DNA of 64,000 bases from Octopus bimaculoides (lineage: Eukaryota): NCBI RefSeq assembly GCF_001194135.2, contig NC_068986.1:63190379-63254378 (forward strand), in the 5' to 3' direction. Shown here in pieces: positions 13,752 through 26,085 of the stretch. Both the position numbers and the translations under genes were made by a program. The notes under the pieces are model-generated. The model was given only the letters and a program-made list of their open reading frames with translations. It made no database searches and was not told where the DNA came from. Position 1 is the first letter of the stretch; the number at the start of each line of letters is the position of its first letter.

Positions 13752-14098
13752 CTTTTATTTGTTTCAGTCATTTGACTGTGGCTATGCCGGAGCACTACCC
13801 TAGGACTTATTCTTTGCAAGCCTAGTACTTATTCTATCGGTTTCTTTTGAACTGCTAAGTTACGGGGACGTAAACACACCAACATCAGTTGTCAAGCAAC
13901 GGTGGGGGAGGGGACAAACACAGACATGCAAATACATACATACACGATGGGCTTCTTTGAGTTTCGTCTACCAATTCCACTCACAAGGCTTTGGTTGGCC
14001 TGAGGTTATAGTAGTAGACGCTTGGCCAAGGTGCCATGCAGTGAGACTGAACCTAGAACCATGTGATTGGGAAGCAAGCTTCTTACCACAAAGCCACT
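13752..14098 (-). mobile_element. Full-length SINE family A
   Basis: Same bipartite structure as 8882-9272. Confidence 0.85.
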
Positions 14099-14533
14099 TG
14101 ATAAAATCAAAAACAAGCAATGTATATGCATGAAATTAAGAAAATGAAATGGCAACAATTTACGCATCACACTCTGTATATGTATACATGTGCGTATGTA
14201 TACATGTGTGTATGCATCCATGTATATATACCTTTGTGTATGCATGTATATTGTAGATGATGATTTATTCTTGTATATATATATATATNNNNNNNNNNNN
14301 NNNNNNNNNNNNNNNNNNNNNNNNNNNNNNNNNNNNNNNNNNNNNNNNNNNNNNNNNNNNNNNNNNNNNNNNNNNNNNNNNNNNNNNNNNNNNNNNNNNN
14401 NNNNNNNNNNNNNNNNNNNNNNNNNNNNNNNNNNNNNNNNNNNNNNNNNNNNNNNNNNNNNNNNNNNNNNNNNNNNNNNNNNNNNNNNNNNNNNNNATCT
14501 ACTTTATTTAAAAGCAACAGAAATATAACAAAA

Positions 14534-14577
14534 AAAACGTTACTCTGAGTTTCACGTTCCCGTTCATCGGACAGTTT
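14534..14577 (-). ncRNA. Mirror copy of the same hammerhead motif
   Basis: Reverse complement of 14589-14632 within the palindrome. Confidence 0.6.
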
Positions 14578-14588
14578 GATTTCTAACA

Positions 14589-14632
14589 AAACTGTCCGAT
14601 GAACGGGAACGTGAAACTCAGAGTAACGTTTT
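14589..14632 (+). ncRNA. Minimal type I hammerhead ribozyme motif (U4C variant)
   Basis: Stem I AAAC(U)GU/ACGUUU, core CCGAUGA, stem II ACG-GGAA-CGU, GAAA, stem III CUC-A-GAG, cleavage triplet GUA (cut after 14625). Confidence 0.65.
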
Positions 14633-17369
14633 TTTTGTTATATTTCTGCTGCTTTTAAATAAAGCATATTACTCTACCTCTGGTATTTGAGTACTCTTTT
14701 TTCCACCTTGTTGCACATTTCATGTGCTTACTCCGGTATATATATATATATATATATATATGACATAATCTCAAGGACAATGATAAGCTATACACTGACA
14801 GAAATTATCATGAAATCTAATGATTTTCCTTGATAGACATTTTCTAAACTCTGTGAAAGAATTACAGTATTTAATAGTTTAAACCTTAAAGCTAGATCAG
14901 CTTTCAGAAATATTAAAAAATGAAGAATTCAAATACAATTGAAGCCCTTTGAAAGTCAGATGAATAAAGAAACATTTTACAAAAATTAACCTAATTGAAA
15001 GATTAATTGTACAGGTTAGATATGCATTAATATAGAAATCAATTAGAGATAAAATAAAGACAGACAGACAGGCAACCACAGAAGTAAGAAAATAGAAACA
15101 TGGAGAGAACAAGCGACGTGTGGAACTAACTAGATTATACAGGTGGATCACTAGAGGATAGAAGTAACTGGACAATGTCAATACTGTTGATCTATCTGAC
15201 CATTGTCGACATGAAGAAAAACAAATGTGGAAAACCCATATCTGTCAATTAGATTAATGGTCTCCAATACAAGTAATGTTAATTCTTGTGAAAGAAAATA
15301 CTATGAAGACTTTTGAATCTGGTAATGTAGTTTTAAATGAAACAAATAAAATAGAAAGTGATGATAGTGTGTGGCTGGGATGTCATAGAAATTCAAATGT
15401 ATTAAACATTTTTGAATACAAAAATAAAAATGCATTTCAAAATATTTAACAATTCTAAAGATAGAAAATATTATATGTTGAATAAAAATTAAATCAAATT
15501 ATAATCAACAGATTAATTTGAAATTAGTATTAAAAAAGAAAAGGAGGAAGGAAAAATACTAAGTATAAAGCTAGATGCAATTCAATTGTAGGTTTGGACC
15601 ATACATGTAGAGCATCTGGTTTGGATTTGTATTAACAAGAAACGGCTATGATACTTAATTTCTCATTACTGAAAAGCTATAGAAATAACTGGAGTTGAAT
15701 ATTTTTTATTGTTGTTTGTGTTTCAGGTATTATTTCAGACAACTCTGCCTTAGTACAGCTGGTCTTTATCTAGCCTGTGCAAGCCTCTATACAGTCACTT
15801 GCCCTACTAGACATGACTGTCAAATCTCTCTCAATTCACACCTAATTATTTGAAAAGAAGATACATTATGCTCCTGAGTTGGTTCTTTACACATAGGGTA
15901 AAAGATGCAATGGTCATGGTTGAAATCATTTGATCATAGGTCTGCTCAATCTGAGCTGTCCTGGTTGGTGGCTAAACAACAAATCTTTATTGTGATGTGA
16001 GTTGTATACTGCCCATTGTTATTTAGATAAGTGCACTATGGCATAAACAGTGACACAAACTCAATGTTCATTGTAATAATATGAAGGAATAATTTGCAAG
16101 AACAGTTAAATCTTATGTAGATAAGTATATATAAGTTGAGCTGCAAATAGTGTTATATTCCAAAAGAAATATGTATTTGTTTATTGTACTGAAAGCTAAA
16201 TTATAGCTTTTTTATGTCATACTTGAAGGCATTATGTTGAAATAGGTGTTAGGTGTCTGCATGTACAAGAAATAGCGTAAGTTATTCAGAAACTCTGGAA
16301 TGTAAAACTTTGAATTTATGTACACCCATCTTATTTCCTTGCTTGATTATTCTAATGTTAAGCCATACTCAGACACATTTTATTAAATTGTATATGAGAG
16401 AGAGAGAGAGAAAGAGAGAAAGAGAGAGAGAGAGAGAGCTGAGGGTACTGTTAATGAAAGAGAAGATGAAATGGTGAGATTAATGTTAAAGAAAGGAATA
16501 AAAGGTAACAGTGAGAAAGAGTGGGATTTATTATTATTCTAATTTCTGTTAATACTTGAGTTTTGTGTGAATCTGTTAACTGCATGATCTAGAATGACTG
16601 AGTGCCAAAGAACTGATCTTATTATTAACAAATTGTTTGTTTTGTTTCCTTCTTGCTCTTTGTCTGATGTCACCACTGAAAGATCATTCTTTTGTTAATT
16701 AAATACTAAATTAATATACTGGGAAGTGAGATGTGCATCAAAATAGCATTGTCAATTAATGTATAGTGATCTCCTATAACCAGCATGATTATATGCACAT
16801 CTCTCTCTCTCTCTCNNNNNNNNNNNNNNNNNNNNNNNNNNNNNNNNNNNNNNNNNNNNNNNNNNNNNNNNNNNNNNNNNNNNNNNNNNNNNNNNNNNNN
16901 NNNNNNNNNNNNNNNNNNNNNNNNNNNNNNNNNNNNNNNNNNNNNNNNNNNNNNNNNNNNNNNNNNNNNNNNNNNNNNNNNNNNNNNNNNNNNNNNNNNN
17001 NNNNNNNNNNNNNNNNNNNNNNNNNNNNNNNNNNNNNNNNNNNNNNNNNNNNNNNNNNNNNNNNNNNNNNNNNNNNNNNNNNNNNNNNNNNNNNNNNNNN
17101 NNNNNNNNNNNNNNNNNNNNNNNNNNNNNNNNNNNNNNNNNNNNNNNNNNNNNNNNNNNNNNNNNNNNNNNNNNNNNNNNNNNNNNNNNNNNNNNNNNNN
17201 NNNNNNNNNNNNNNNNNNNNNNNNNNNNNNNNNNNNNNNNNNNNNNNNNNNNNNNNNNNNNNNNNNNNNNNNNNNNNNNNNNNNNNNNNNNNNNNNNNNN
17301 NNNNNNNNNNNNNNNNNNNNNNNNNNNNNNNNNNNNNNNNNNNNNNNNNNNNNNNNNNATATTTATACA

Positions 17370-18365
17370 TTTTCTAAAAATTAAATTGTAGCTATATATT
17401 ATTGTGCCTGGGGAGAGTCATTCCCTTTTAGTGCCTTATTACTTAACACTCTCACTGGTCATTTATTTTTTCTAAAATCATGTGTTTGTATGTATATGTG
17501 TGTATTTGTGTATGCATATTTGAGTGTCTCTGTGTATGGGTTTGTGTGACTATGTATGTGTGTCTGTTATGTATGGATGTGTGTCTCCATATGTGTCCTT
17601 GTTTGTGAAGTGTGCATGTGTATATGGTCATATGTTTCAGTCTTCATTTGTGTATATATGTGTGTGTGCTTGTCTGTCTGCATTACCCATGTACCTATCT
17701 ATTTATCTATCTGTTTACGTATTTATCCATTTACCTTTGTGTGTGTCTACATAACAACCTACTAACAACTCTACATGTGTATATACAAACTGTGGGTATT
17801 GGGGTATGACTACCTTCTACATATATTTCCCATTTAGTGCTGGGGATGTTTCATTTATGAGAATGTACTCCTGTATTTTCTGAGTGTTGGATTCTTTGGG
17901 TGCTTGGATAAAATGCCAATGTCAAGTTGACCCAATGTACCTCCACGTTGGTCTTTGGCATGTTGGTAGAGTATGGAGGACTGTTTTTTGTTGTCATATT
18001 GTCTCAAATGTTCATTTAGTCTCTCTGCAATACTTCTAGATGTCTCACCTATGTATATCATGTTCTTGCCTTTACAAGCACCCTCTATGCACTTTATGTT
18101 GTAGACTACATTTCTAGTTCTACAGTTAAATGCCAGGGTTAATCTTACATACCATGGTGTTATCATTGGTACATGTGGTATTCTGAAAAGAGTATGTCCT
18201 TCCACAGCTCTGATAATGGACCGAGTCAACGACTATTGAAGAGGTTGCAAGACGCAACAAAAATTTTAGGAAAAATAAATAAGTAAATGAGTGGAAATTG
18301 AATTGGTGAGTGTGTTAAGACACTAAATGAGAATGACTCTCCCCAGGCACAATAAAATATGCTTC
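17370..18365 (-). mobile_element. 5'-truncated Penelope-like element with inverted pseudo-LTR
   Basis: GIY-YIG ORF fragment flanked by inverted copies attgtgcctggggagagtcattc (~17401-17470) and gaatgactctccccaggcacaat (~18260-18355). Confidence 0.75.
17855..18229 (-). pseudogene. GIY-YIG endonuclease domain of a Penelope-like element
   Basis: FNCRTRNVVYNIKC...C....YIGETSRSIAERLNEH...SILYQH: VVY/YIG motif, catalytic R and CCHH-type residues typical of PLE endonucleases. Confidence 0.85.
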
Positions 18366-18587
18366 AACACATGAATTCACATAAAGAATCTTGCAAACCA
18401 AATACAAAAATGAAATATAACTATACATATTATATATAATTTAACCTTTTTGTAACTTTATTTCTGTTGAAAGACATTTTCTTACTTTTTAATAATTCTG
18501 AAAGTAATAAATAATTTAGTAAGTAACTTTGTCGTTACTAAGCTAGTGTTTAGTACATAAATTAACATGAAATTTTGATAGATTTTT

Positions 18588-19630
18588 ATCTTATCTTTTA
18601 CTTGTTTCAGTCATTAGACTGTAGCCATGCTGGTGCACTACTTTGAAGAATTTTTAGTCAAATGAATCAACCCAGTACTTATTTTTTATTAATTAATTTT
18701 TTTTTTTTTTGTTAAGCCTGGTACTTATTCTATCAGTGTCCTTGGCCAAACTGCTAAGTTGTCAAGCAGTGGTGGGGGACAAAACAAAGATACGCACACA
18801 CACACACACACACACACATATAATTATATGGTCATCATCATTTAACATCCATTGTCCACGCTGGCATGGGTTAGACTTTTGGCCAGGGCTGGCAAGCTGA
18901 AAGGCTACACCAGACTCCAGTCTGATTTGGCATGGTTTCTGTGGCTGGAGCCACTCCAAGGGTGTAATGGGTGCTTTTTTGTGCCATCAGCATGGGAATC
19001 ATTTGCATGACACTAGTATCTGTCACAACTTCAATTTTACTTGGCTTGATGGGTCTTTTTCTCAAGCACAACATAGGGCCAAAGGTCTTGGTCATTGCCT
19101 CCATGAGGCTTAACACTTGAAAGGAGCTTTTCACATGCTGCTGGCATCAGCCACTTTGCCTTTGTGAGGTCCAACACTCGAAAGGTGGTTCTTACATTCC
19201 ACCAGCAAGGGTGCCAGTTACGTCACACCAGCATCAGCCATGACTATGATTTCACTTGGCTTGACAAGTTTTCTCAAGCATAGCATATCACTAATGGTCT
19301 CAGCCACCAGTTGTTGCCTCTGTGAGGCCCAATGTTCGAAGANNNNNNNNNNNNNNNNNNNNNNNNNNNNNNNNNNNNNNNNNNNNNNNNNNNNNNNNNN
19401 NNNNNNNNNNNNNNNNNNNNNNNNNNNNNNNNNNNNNNNNNNATATACATATACATACACACATACAACAGACTTCTTTCAGTTTCCGTCTCCCAAATCC
19501 ACTCTCATGGCTTTGGTTGGCCTGAGACTGTAGTAGAAGACACTTGTCCAAGGTACAACACAGTGGGATTGAACCTGGAACTATGAGTTTGGGAAGCAAG
19601 CTCCTTACCACACATTTATGCCTGCACCTA
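18588..19630 (-). mobile_element. SINE family A interrupted at its internal microsatellite
   Basis: 3' half at 18588-18820, 5' half at 19443-19630. Confidence 0.7.
18830..19342 (-). mobile_element. RTE LINE 3' end with duplicated ORF2 C-terminus
   Basis: (GAT)n tail and RTE 3' UTR; LGLTEA.T....L...VL.KT-type coding end present twice (~19040-19130 and ~19250-19342). Confidence 0.7.
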
Positions 19631-20744
19631 TAGATGATTTTAAAACAGAAACTTTGTATCATAGAATCAGGGGTGGTCTCAGATAGATTGTTATCAAAAG
19701 GATTAACACTTTAAATACAAGTCTCTGGCTTCCATGTATGTATAATGCTGCCCAAAAGAATTTGAACATTCCCTGATAGCATCAATGTTGCTTGAGATGG
19801 GGATGGTAGTGTTTCATATCATGATCACCAGCTCTATGTATCTTCATTTCATGGTCAGCAGCTCTACATAGAATCTAATATATAATGTGTGTATAATATA
19901 TATCTATACTAATATATAATGTTTCTAATCTAGAATGAGTTAAACAAAAAGCAGCAATTCTCTATGAATTCCTATCTTGTGTGGACTCATATATGAGGTT
20001 TTCTCCATAGAATATTGAACCTCTTGCAAAAGTCCTAATTAAAAGCCTCCTTCCTATCATTTTCTTAATTTTAATTTCTTTTTAACTCTACATGTTTCTC
20101 TTTATTATGAAAACTTAATTTTCCATTAAAAAAAAATCTTTTGATTTTTTTTAATAAAGAAAATAAATACAAATCTAAGAAAATTAAAATCCCTTACCTT
20201 CTTTCACATTACCTTTCCTACTTGCTTTTGTATTGTAAGCTTTCTTTCCTATGTGCTAATATCTATTATAAATTGAAGCAATTATAGTTTGCATCATTTG
20301 CTTTCTCCTTGAATTTGCATCACTTGACTGATTTTATTGATATTAAATTTTTATTTGTATGCGTCAACTCTTTTCTTCTCTTTTATTAGGATTACAGCCA
20401 GTTTTTATAGGTAGAAGACTATTTTAGAATTAACTTCTGAAGATTTGATCTTTTATAGATTTCATTCGTTGCTTTAAGTATATTTATATGTTTAATTTTA
20501 TATTTTTCTCCTTAAAATATATTTAAGTTTAAGCAGTCACTTTTTTGTTTGTTTTATGATGATAAGTCTCACTAAAACTTGATATTATAGTGATTTAAGT
20601 TAAATTTGGTAATTTTTCTTTTAGTAAGTATCTTTTCTTAATAAGACCCAGTACAGGCCTTAATTATTAATTTCATTTAACTAGATATATGCCAATTTGT
20701 GCAGTAGAAGGGATACAGTGAATCAAAGTAATCCCATTGTTTAT

Positions 20745-21038
20745 TTTATTATTGTTGTTGTTGGCACTCCATCGCAGGTTCCAGTTGATTTGATCAACGG
20801 AACAGCCTTCTTGTGAAATTAACGTGCAAGTGGCTGAGCACTCCACAGACACGTGTACCCTTAACGTAGTTCTCGGGGATATTCAGCATGACACAGTGTG
20901 ACAAGGCTGGCCCTTTGAAATACAGGTACAACAGAAACAGGAAGTAAGAGTGAGAGAAAGTTGTGGTGAAAGAGTACAGCAGGGTTTGCCACCATCCCCT
21001 GCTGGAGCCTCGTGGAGCTTTAGGTGTTTTCGCTCAAT
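20745..21038 (-). mobile_element. SINE 3' portion with (AAC)n tail
   Basis: Non-coding block with relatively high GC, ending gatggagtgccaacaacaacaataa on the minus strand; 5' end runs into a gap. Confidence 0.6.
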
Positions 21039-21631
21039 NNNNNNNNNNNNNNNNNNNNNNNNNNNNNNNNNNNNNNNNNNNNNNNNNNNNNNNNNNNNNN
21101 NNNNNNNNNNNNNNNNNNNNNNNNNNNNNNNNNNNNNNNNNNNNNNNNNNNNNNNNNNNNNNNNNNNNNNNNNNNNNNNNNNNNNNNNNNNNNNNNNNNN
21201 NNNNNNNNNNNNNNNNCCTCCCTCTCCCCCTCCCTCTCACTCTATCTCTCTTTCTCTCATGATCACAGTTTGCTCAATGGGAAGGAGTAAGAGACTGTTG
21301 GCCACAATGTTACTGGTTCAAATTGTGTTATTCATACTTCATCATATTTGCGGAACTCTCTCAATCTCACTCAGCTGTAAATAGCTACTGTAGCACTGTC
21401 TTGTTGGCTACTACAAGAAGTTGTTTAATAACAAGCTTGTTGTTTAGGTCCCTGTTAGCTGATTAAAATATTCTAGCCATAACCATTGAATCTCTTTGTG
21501 TGTTCATGACTGCATTGTTTAATATGTCTTTTTGTTTTAATATAGTAAGATGTGATTTCATGAAAATTTGGTTGCTATTTCTGGCATTTGAGCAACCACA
21601 CAAAGCTCCTTGATTAATTTATCTTTTATCT

Positions 21632-21938
21632 TCTGTATTTTACTTGTTTCAGTCATTAGACTGTGGCCATGTTGGGGCACCACCTCGAAGAATTTTTAGT
21701 CAAATGAATCAACCCCAGTACTTATTTTTTTTCTTTTTAAGCCTGTTACTTATTCTTTTGATCTCTTTTCCAAACTGCTTGCTAAATTATGGGGATGTAA
21801 ACAAACCAACACTGGTTGTCAAGTGGTGGCAGTGGACAAACACAAAAACACACACACATATACACAACAGGCTTCTTTCAGTTTCCATTTACCAAATCCT
21901 GAGTTGGACCAAACCCAGAATCACGTGGTTAGGAAAAA
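21632..21938 (-). mobile_element. SINE family A (internally deleted head)
   Basis: tttcagtcattagactgtggccatg...ggacaaacac(CA)n...caggcttctttcagtttcc. Confidence 0.8.
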
Positions 21939-22699
21939 AATGTGCTGAGGAAAATTATTTCTTTAACACTTACTTGTAGGCATATATTTGGTGAGTGTTT
22001 TGTTAGTTTAACATGTCATCATAATTATCATGCTTGCTTTTCCATGCTGGTATGGGTTGGATGACTATTTGAAGCCAGATACCCTTGTTGCCAACTTTTA
22101 GTAGAAATGCAGTGCCTTTTTTTATTCTAAAAACTGGGATGTGCACAGTGTAGTGAGTTCAGATTCTTCCAAGGGTTTTGAGAGAGTTACCCCCAAGAGC
22201 CCATCTTTGTTTTCATTATGTATTTATTGTGAAGAGGGCCAAATTGAAAGAAACTGTAGAGTACTAAATTATATGTCTGTGTATTTAATTTTGCATTTCT
22301 ACATCTACAGCCTGAGTTCAGATTTCACCAGATCTCACTTTACCTTTCATCCTGCTGGAGTTGGTGAAATAAACATCACACATAGTATATAAGAGACAAC
22401 TTAATCATCTATTCTCCTTTTTGTTAGATTGTACCAATTGAACAAATTACTATTTATTTACTTCAGAATATGATTACTAATAACTTAGCTGAATATGGTG
22501 TTGTTTTAAGTTTTTCAAATATATAAGGAAAGTTGACTTAATTTGAAGTTAGTTTGTTTCTAGGAAGCTGTTATATTTCAATTTAAAACAACTATGTAAA
22601 ACACATCATCATTATAATAATTGTTTTTATGTCATACTTCATATCTGAGGTATGACAAATTGGTGTGCATTATATATTTCAGTGTTGTGTTATTTATCT

Positions 22700-23000
22700 T
22701 CTCTGTAAGACTAAGTACTCCAAGATCTGATCTACTTTCTGCTAGCACCAGTCAGTATTTTCCCCACTTAACATTCATTGTCCAGATGCATCTTTTGTCT
22801 ACATCAGCATGGCTGTCTCTCCTGCCTATGTTAGCCATGCCTTTGATACCATGTTACTCTCCTATTCCACTTGTGCTCTGACTCTCTGTTAGGTAATGCT
22901 TCACATCCAACATATAATAACCACCTCATTTCTCTCCAGTCTTCATTGATGGAGTTTCTCTTAAAAGTGACTGAAACTTTTACATGTAATTGAATGAACC
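22700..23000 (-). pseudogene. Degenerate RTE-type ORF2 C-terminus
   Basis: REMRWLLYVG...KWNRRVTW...RQERQ resembles RlrWlGHv.R...W.p.gkR.rGR. Confidence 0.4.
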
Positions 23001-23317
23001 AGAAATTGTTTTTCCCAGCTGCTTGAACTGACATTTTAAAAATATTGAAATTGGTTTTTCTCTTGTGTTTAGGGACTAAGACTTACCAGGTTATCATCTG
23101 TTTGTTTTTCTCTTCGGTCCCAGTTTGTTTTATTTATGTCATTTCAATACATTTTGAATTAAGGCCAAAACTTTTGACTGTTGTGTTTTTTCCTTCTTCA
23201 TCTCAAGTAGGGAATCAGAGGTGAAGGCAAGTGTCTATCACAGTACGATCTGGCACTATGAAGCCTTTAACATTTAATGAGATGAATCACTTTACATTTG
23301 TAAATAATCCTTTCTAA

Positions 23318-23517
23318 ATTTGGTTCAAGGCTAGCAATTTTGAGGGGAGAGAGAAGTTCATTATATTAACCCCAGTACTTAGCTGGTCCTTATTTTATCA
23401 GCTCTGAAAGGATGAAAGGCAAAGTTGACCGTGGCAGTATTTGAACACAGAATGTAAAGAAATGTCACTGAGCATTTTTGTCCAATGTTCTAACCATTCT
23501 TCTAACTTGCCACCCTT
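23318..23517 (-). mobile_element. tRNA-derived SINE family B
   Basis: Reverse complement of the conserved gcctttcatcctttc...ataaaataag core seen at 35235 and 43123. Confidence 0.75.
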
Positions 23518-24237
23518 GACATTTGTAAATAATATGTCAAATGGTAAACACTACAAGCATTGCTAAATTTACGGAAGTGAGCCACGCATCTCTTGCTGAT
23601 GTGGCAAAGATACTATTATATCAATTGAACATTTCTATTTATATAAAATTACTGTGTGTGCACCAGGAGGTATAAGAGATGAATATATTTATTTAACCAC
23701 TTGATATTTGTAGACTGATGACCATTTCACAACCTTCATCATCTAACGATAATTTCAGTGTATAATAAATCATTTTACATGTCTGCACCAATAGCTGGGG
23801 TCCTCTAGAGGAGGTTCCTGTGATTGCATAGGACTGTGTGAATCCATATATTGTACTACAAGTTTATGCATACATATATATATATATATATATATANNNN
23901 NNNNNNNNNNNNNNNNNNNNNNNNNNNNNNNNNNNNNNNNNNNNNNNNNNNNNNNNNNNNNNNNNNNNNNNNNNNNNNNNNNNNNNNNNNNNNNNNNNNN
24001 NNNNNNNNNNNNNNNNNNNNNNNNNNNNNNNNNNNNNNNNNNNNNNNNNNNNNNNNNNNNNNNNNNNNNNNNNNNNNNNNNNNNNNNNNNNNNNNNNNNN
24101 NNNNNNNNNNNNNNNNNNNNNNNNNNNNNNNNNNNNNNNNNNNNNNNNNNNNNNNNNNNNNNNNNNNNNNNNNNNNNNNNNNNNNNNNNNNNNNNNNNNN
24201 NNNNNNNNNNNNNNNNNNNNNNNNNNNNNNNNNNNNN

Positions 24238-24680
24238 AATGCAACCCCCAATATCAGCAGTGGGGGCTGACAGCATATGCTGGTTTACCCCTGCCGCATC
24301 ATGCTGGTTTCGAACCCCTTTGAGCAACATCAAAATTCACTCATCCATCCACAAACACTCTCCAAGCTTTCCTATCATTTATAAACTCTTTTGCCTCTCT
24401 CACTCCAACACCTCTAACCACCAAAGCTTTCCTCACTCCATCCATCCACACAAACTGAGGTCTGCCTCTGGTTCTGCTGCCTACCACTTCAGCCTTCATC
24501 ACCCTCCTTACCATCCACTCATCATCCTTCCTCTCCATGTGGCCAAACCACCTCAATGTTCATCTATCCAGTTTGTTGATTAGTTTTTCTCTTATTCCTG
24601 CTTGTCTTCACACCTCATCATTCCTCATCCTGTCCATCCATGTCGCACCAACCATAGCCCTCAGACATATAATCATCGTT
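24238..24680 (-). mobile_element. RTE-clade LINE 3' fragment
   Basis: WMDRMRNDEV...LRWFGHMERKDDEWMVRRVMKAEVVGSRTRGRPQFVWMDGV...DRKAWR. Confidence 0.85.
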
Positions 24681-24856
24681 TAATATCTATTTTCCATGCT
24701 TGATAAGAACTGGCAAGGCCAAGGTTCATACCAGGTTCCATACTCTGCTTTGGCTCCGTTGCTATGGCTGGATGCCTTAACACCAACCACTTTACAGAGT
24801 GTACTGGTGCTTTTTACATGGTGTCAGCACCCACACCAATGCTTTTTACATGGCAC
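24672..24856 (-). mobile_element. RTE-type 3' UTR fragment
   Basis: atcatcgtttaa tail and tggatgcc...ccaaccacttt.agagtgt..tggtgctttt match the RTE 3' UTR at 54090-54245. Confidence 0.65.
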
Positions 24857-25105
24857 TTTGGTTTTAGGATCTATGTTTGGTTTTACAAATGAGAAAGAGA
24901 GAATTCATCATGTAAAGCAGAGTCAGTCTATATAATCTATTATTAACTGAGATTGCTACAGAAGGGATTTAAAGAGCTAGAGTTTTGTGCTAAGGTATCA
25001 AATTTTAATAAATGCCTTGACATAAATATTTGGACCAAATACTTTTGGGCTGTAATATGAACAATACTTAAACAGATGATTGATAAGTTGATAAGTTTTA
25101 CTCTC

Positions 25106-25173
<68 letters not shown>

Positions 25174-25334
25174 AGCCTGCTAGAAATATTAGTGAATCTT
25201 TCTCAAATTATACTCCAACCACCTTAACAGGATATTAAGCAATGTAGTTCTATATGTAAAAAAAGAATGTTCATGCCTGAACCTCTTTAGATCATAAAGC
25301 TGCTCAATTGGGATTGGCCTGGAAGTAGAAAATA

Positions 25335-25371
<37 letters not shown>

Positions 25372-26085
25372 CAGGTGGTTTAGAATTTTGCTTATAAATC
25401 ATAATGTCTCCTGTTTGAACCCACTGTGGAACATCTTAGCTCCAGGTCAACAAAATCCTTGAAATTGGGTAGACTGAAACTATATGGAAGTTCATTGGAT
25501 GAACTACCAATAATAGTCAAATAGCCAGTTATGTCACACACTGTGTAACACTGAGAATTATGCTGAATACAAATGTCTGTGAAATACTCAACAGCATACA
25601 TGCTTAAATGGAAAGTTTTTAAATAAAATATCCACACAAATTACAACATATAGGATAATTAATACTTGAAAATTAATTAAATATGATTTTCAAATACAAT
25701 GTAAAGCTAAAAGTAGTCAACCAGTTTTAACTCTATTGAGAATCTTCAGGATCACAAAATAATCACAGATTATTGAGAAGGTGAAGCAAATTATTGATAT
25801 CTAGTAACTTCGAAGAACAAAAAGCAATAGGGGAAAAAATGTCATACTACTTGCCAACTTTTAACCCAAAGAATGTCAAAGTCTTTGTAAATATTCATCA
25901 AAACCTATCTTACATTACTAAAAGATGGAAATACATAGAAAAAGTTATGAGTCTAAAAAATCAGAAGATATAAATGACTAAACTGGAATATGCAGCTGAT
26001 TATTATTAGATGTTTCAAAATTTCATTGCAAAGGAGGCTCTATTTTCAAAATTAAAATGACTTTTTATTCTGATTATTTAACATA

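Larger units (their letters stand above)
14502..14734. mobile_element. Penelope-like pseudo-LTR derivative: 76-bp inverted repeat plus ~70-bp conserved tag
   Basis: Arms 14502-14577 and 14589-14664 have 1 mismatch. Tag gcatattactctacctc...gtgcttactc recurs inverted at 42895-42963. Carries hammerhead motifs. The Penelope assignment is an inference. Confidence 0.6.
18441..19706 (+). mobile_element. piggyBac-like MITE (TTAA ends) split by nested insertions
   Basis: TTAA-CCTTTTTGTAAC at 18441 and GTTATCAAAAGGA-TTAA at 19706 form imperfect TIRs; MITE body at 18445-18587 and 19631-19702. Confidence 0.55.

Noticed and set aside
15000-15200. Possible RTE C-terminal relic on the plus strand
   Set aside because: Similarity too weak to support by eye.
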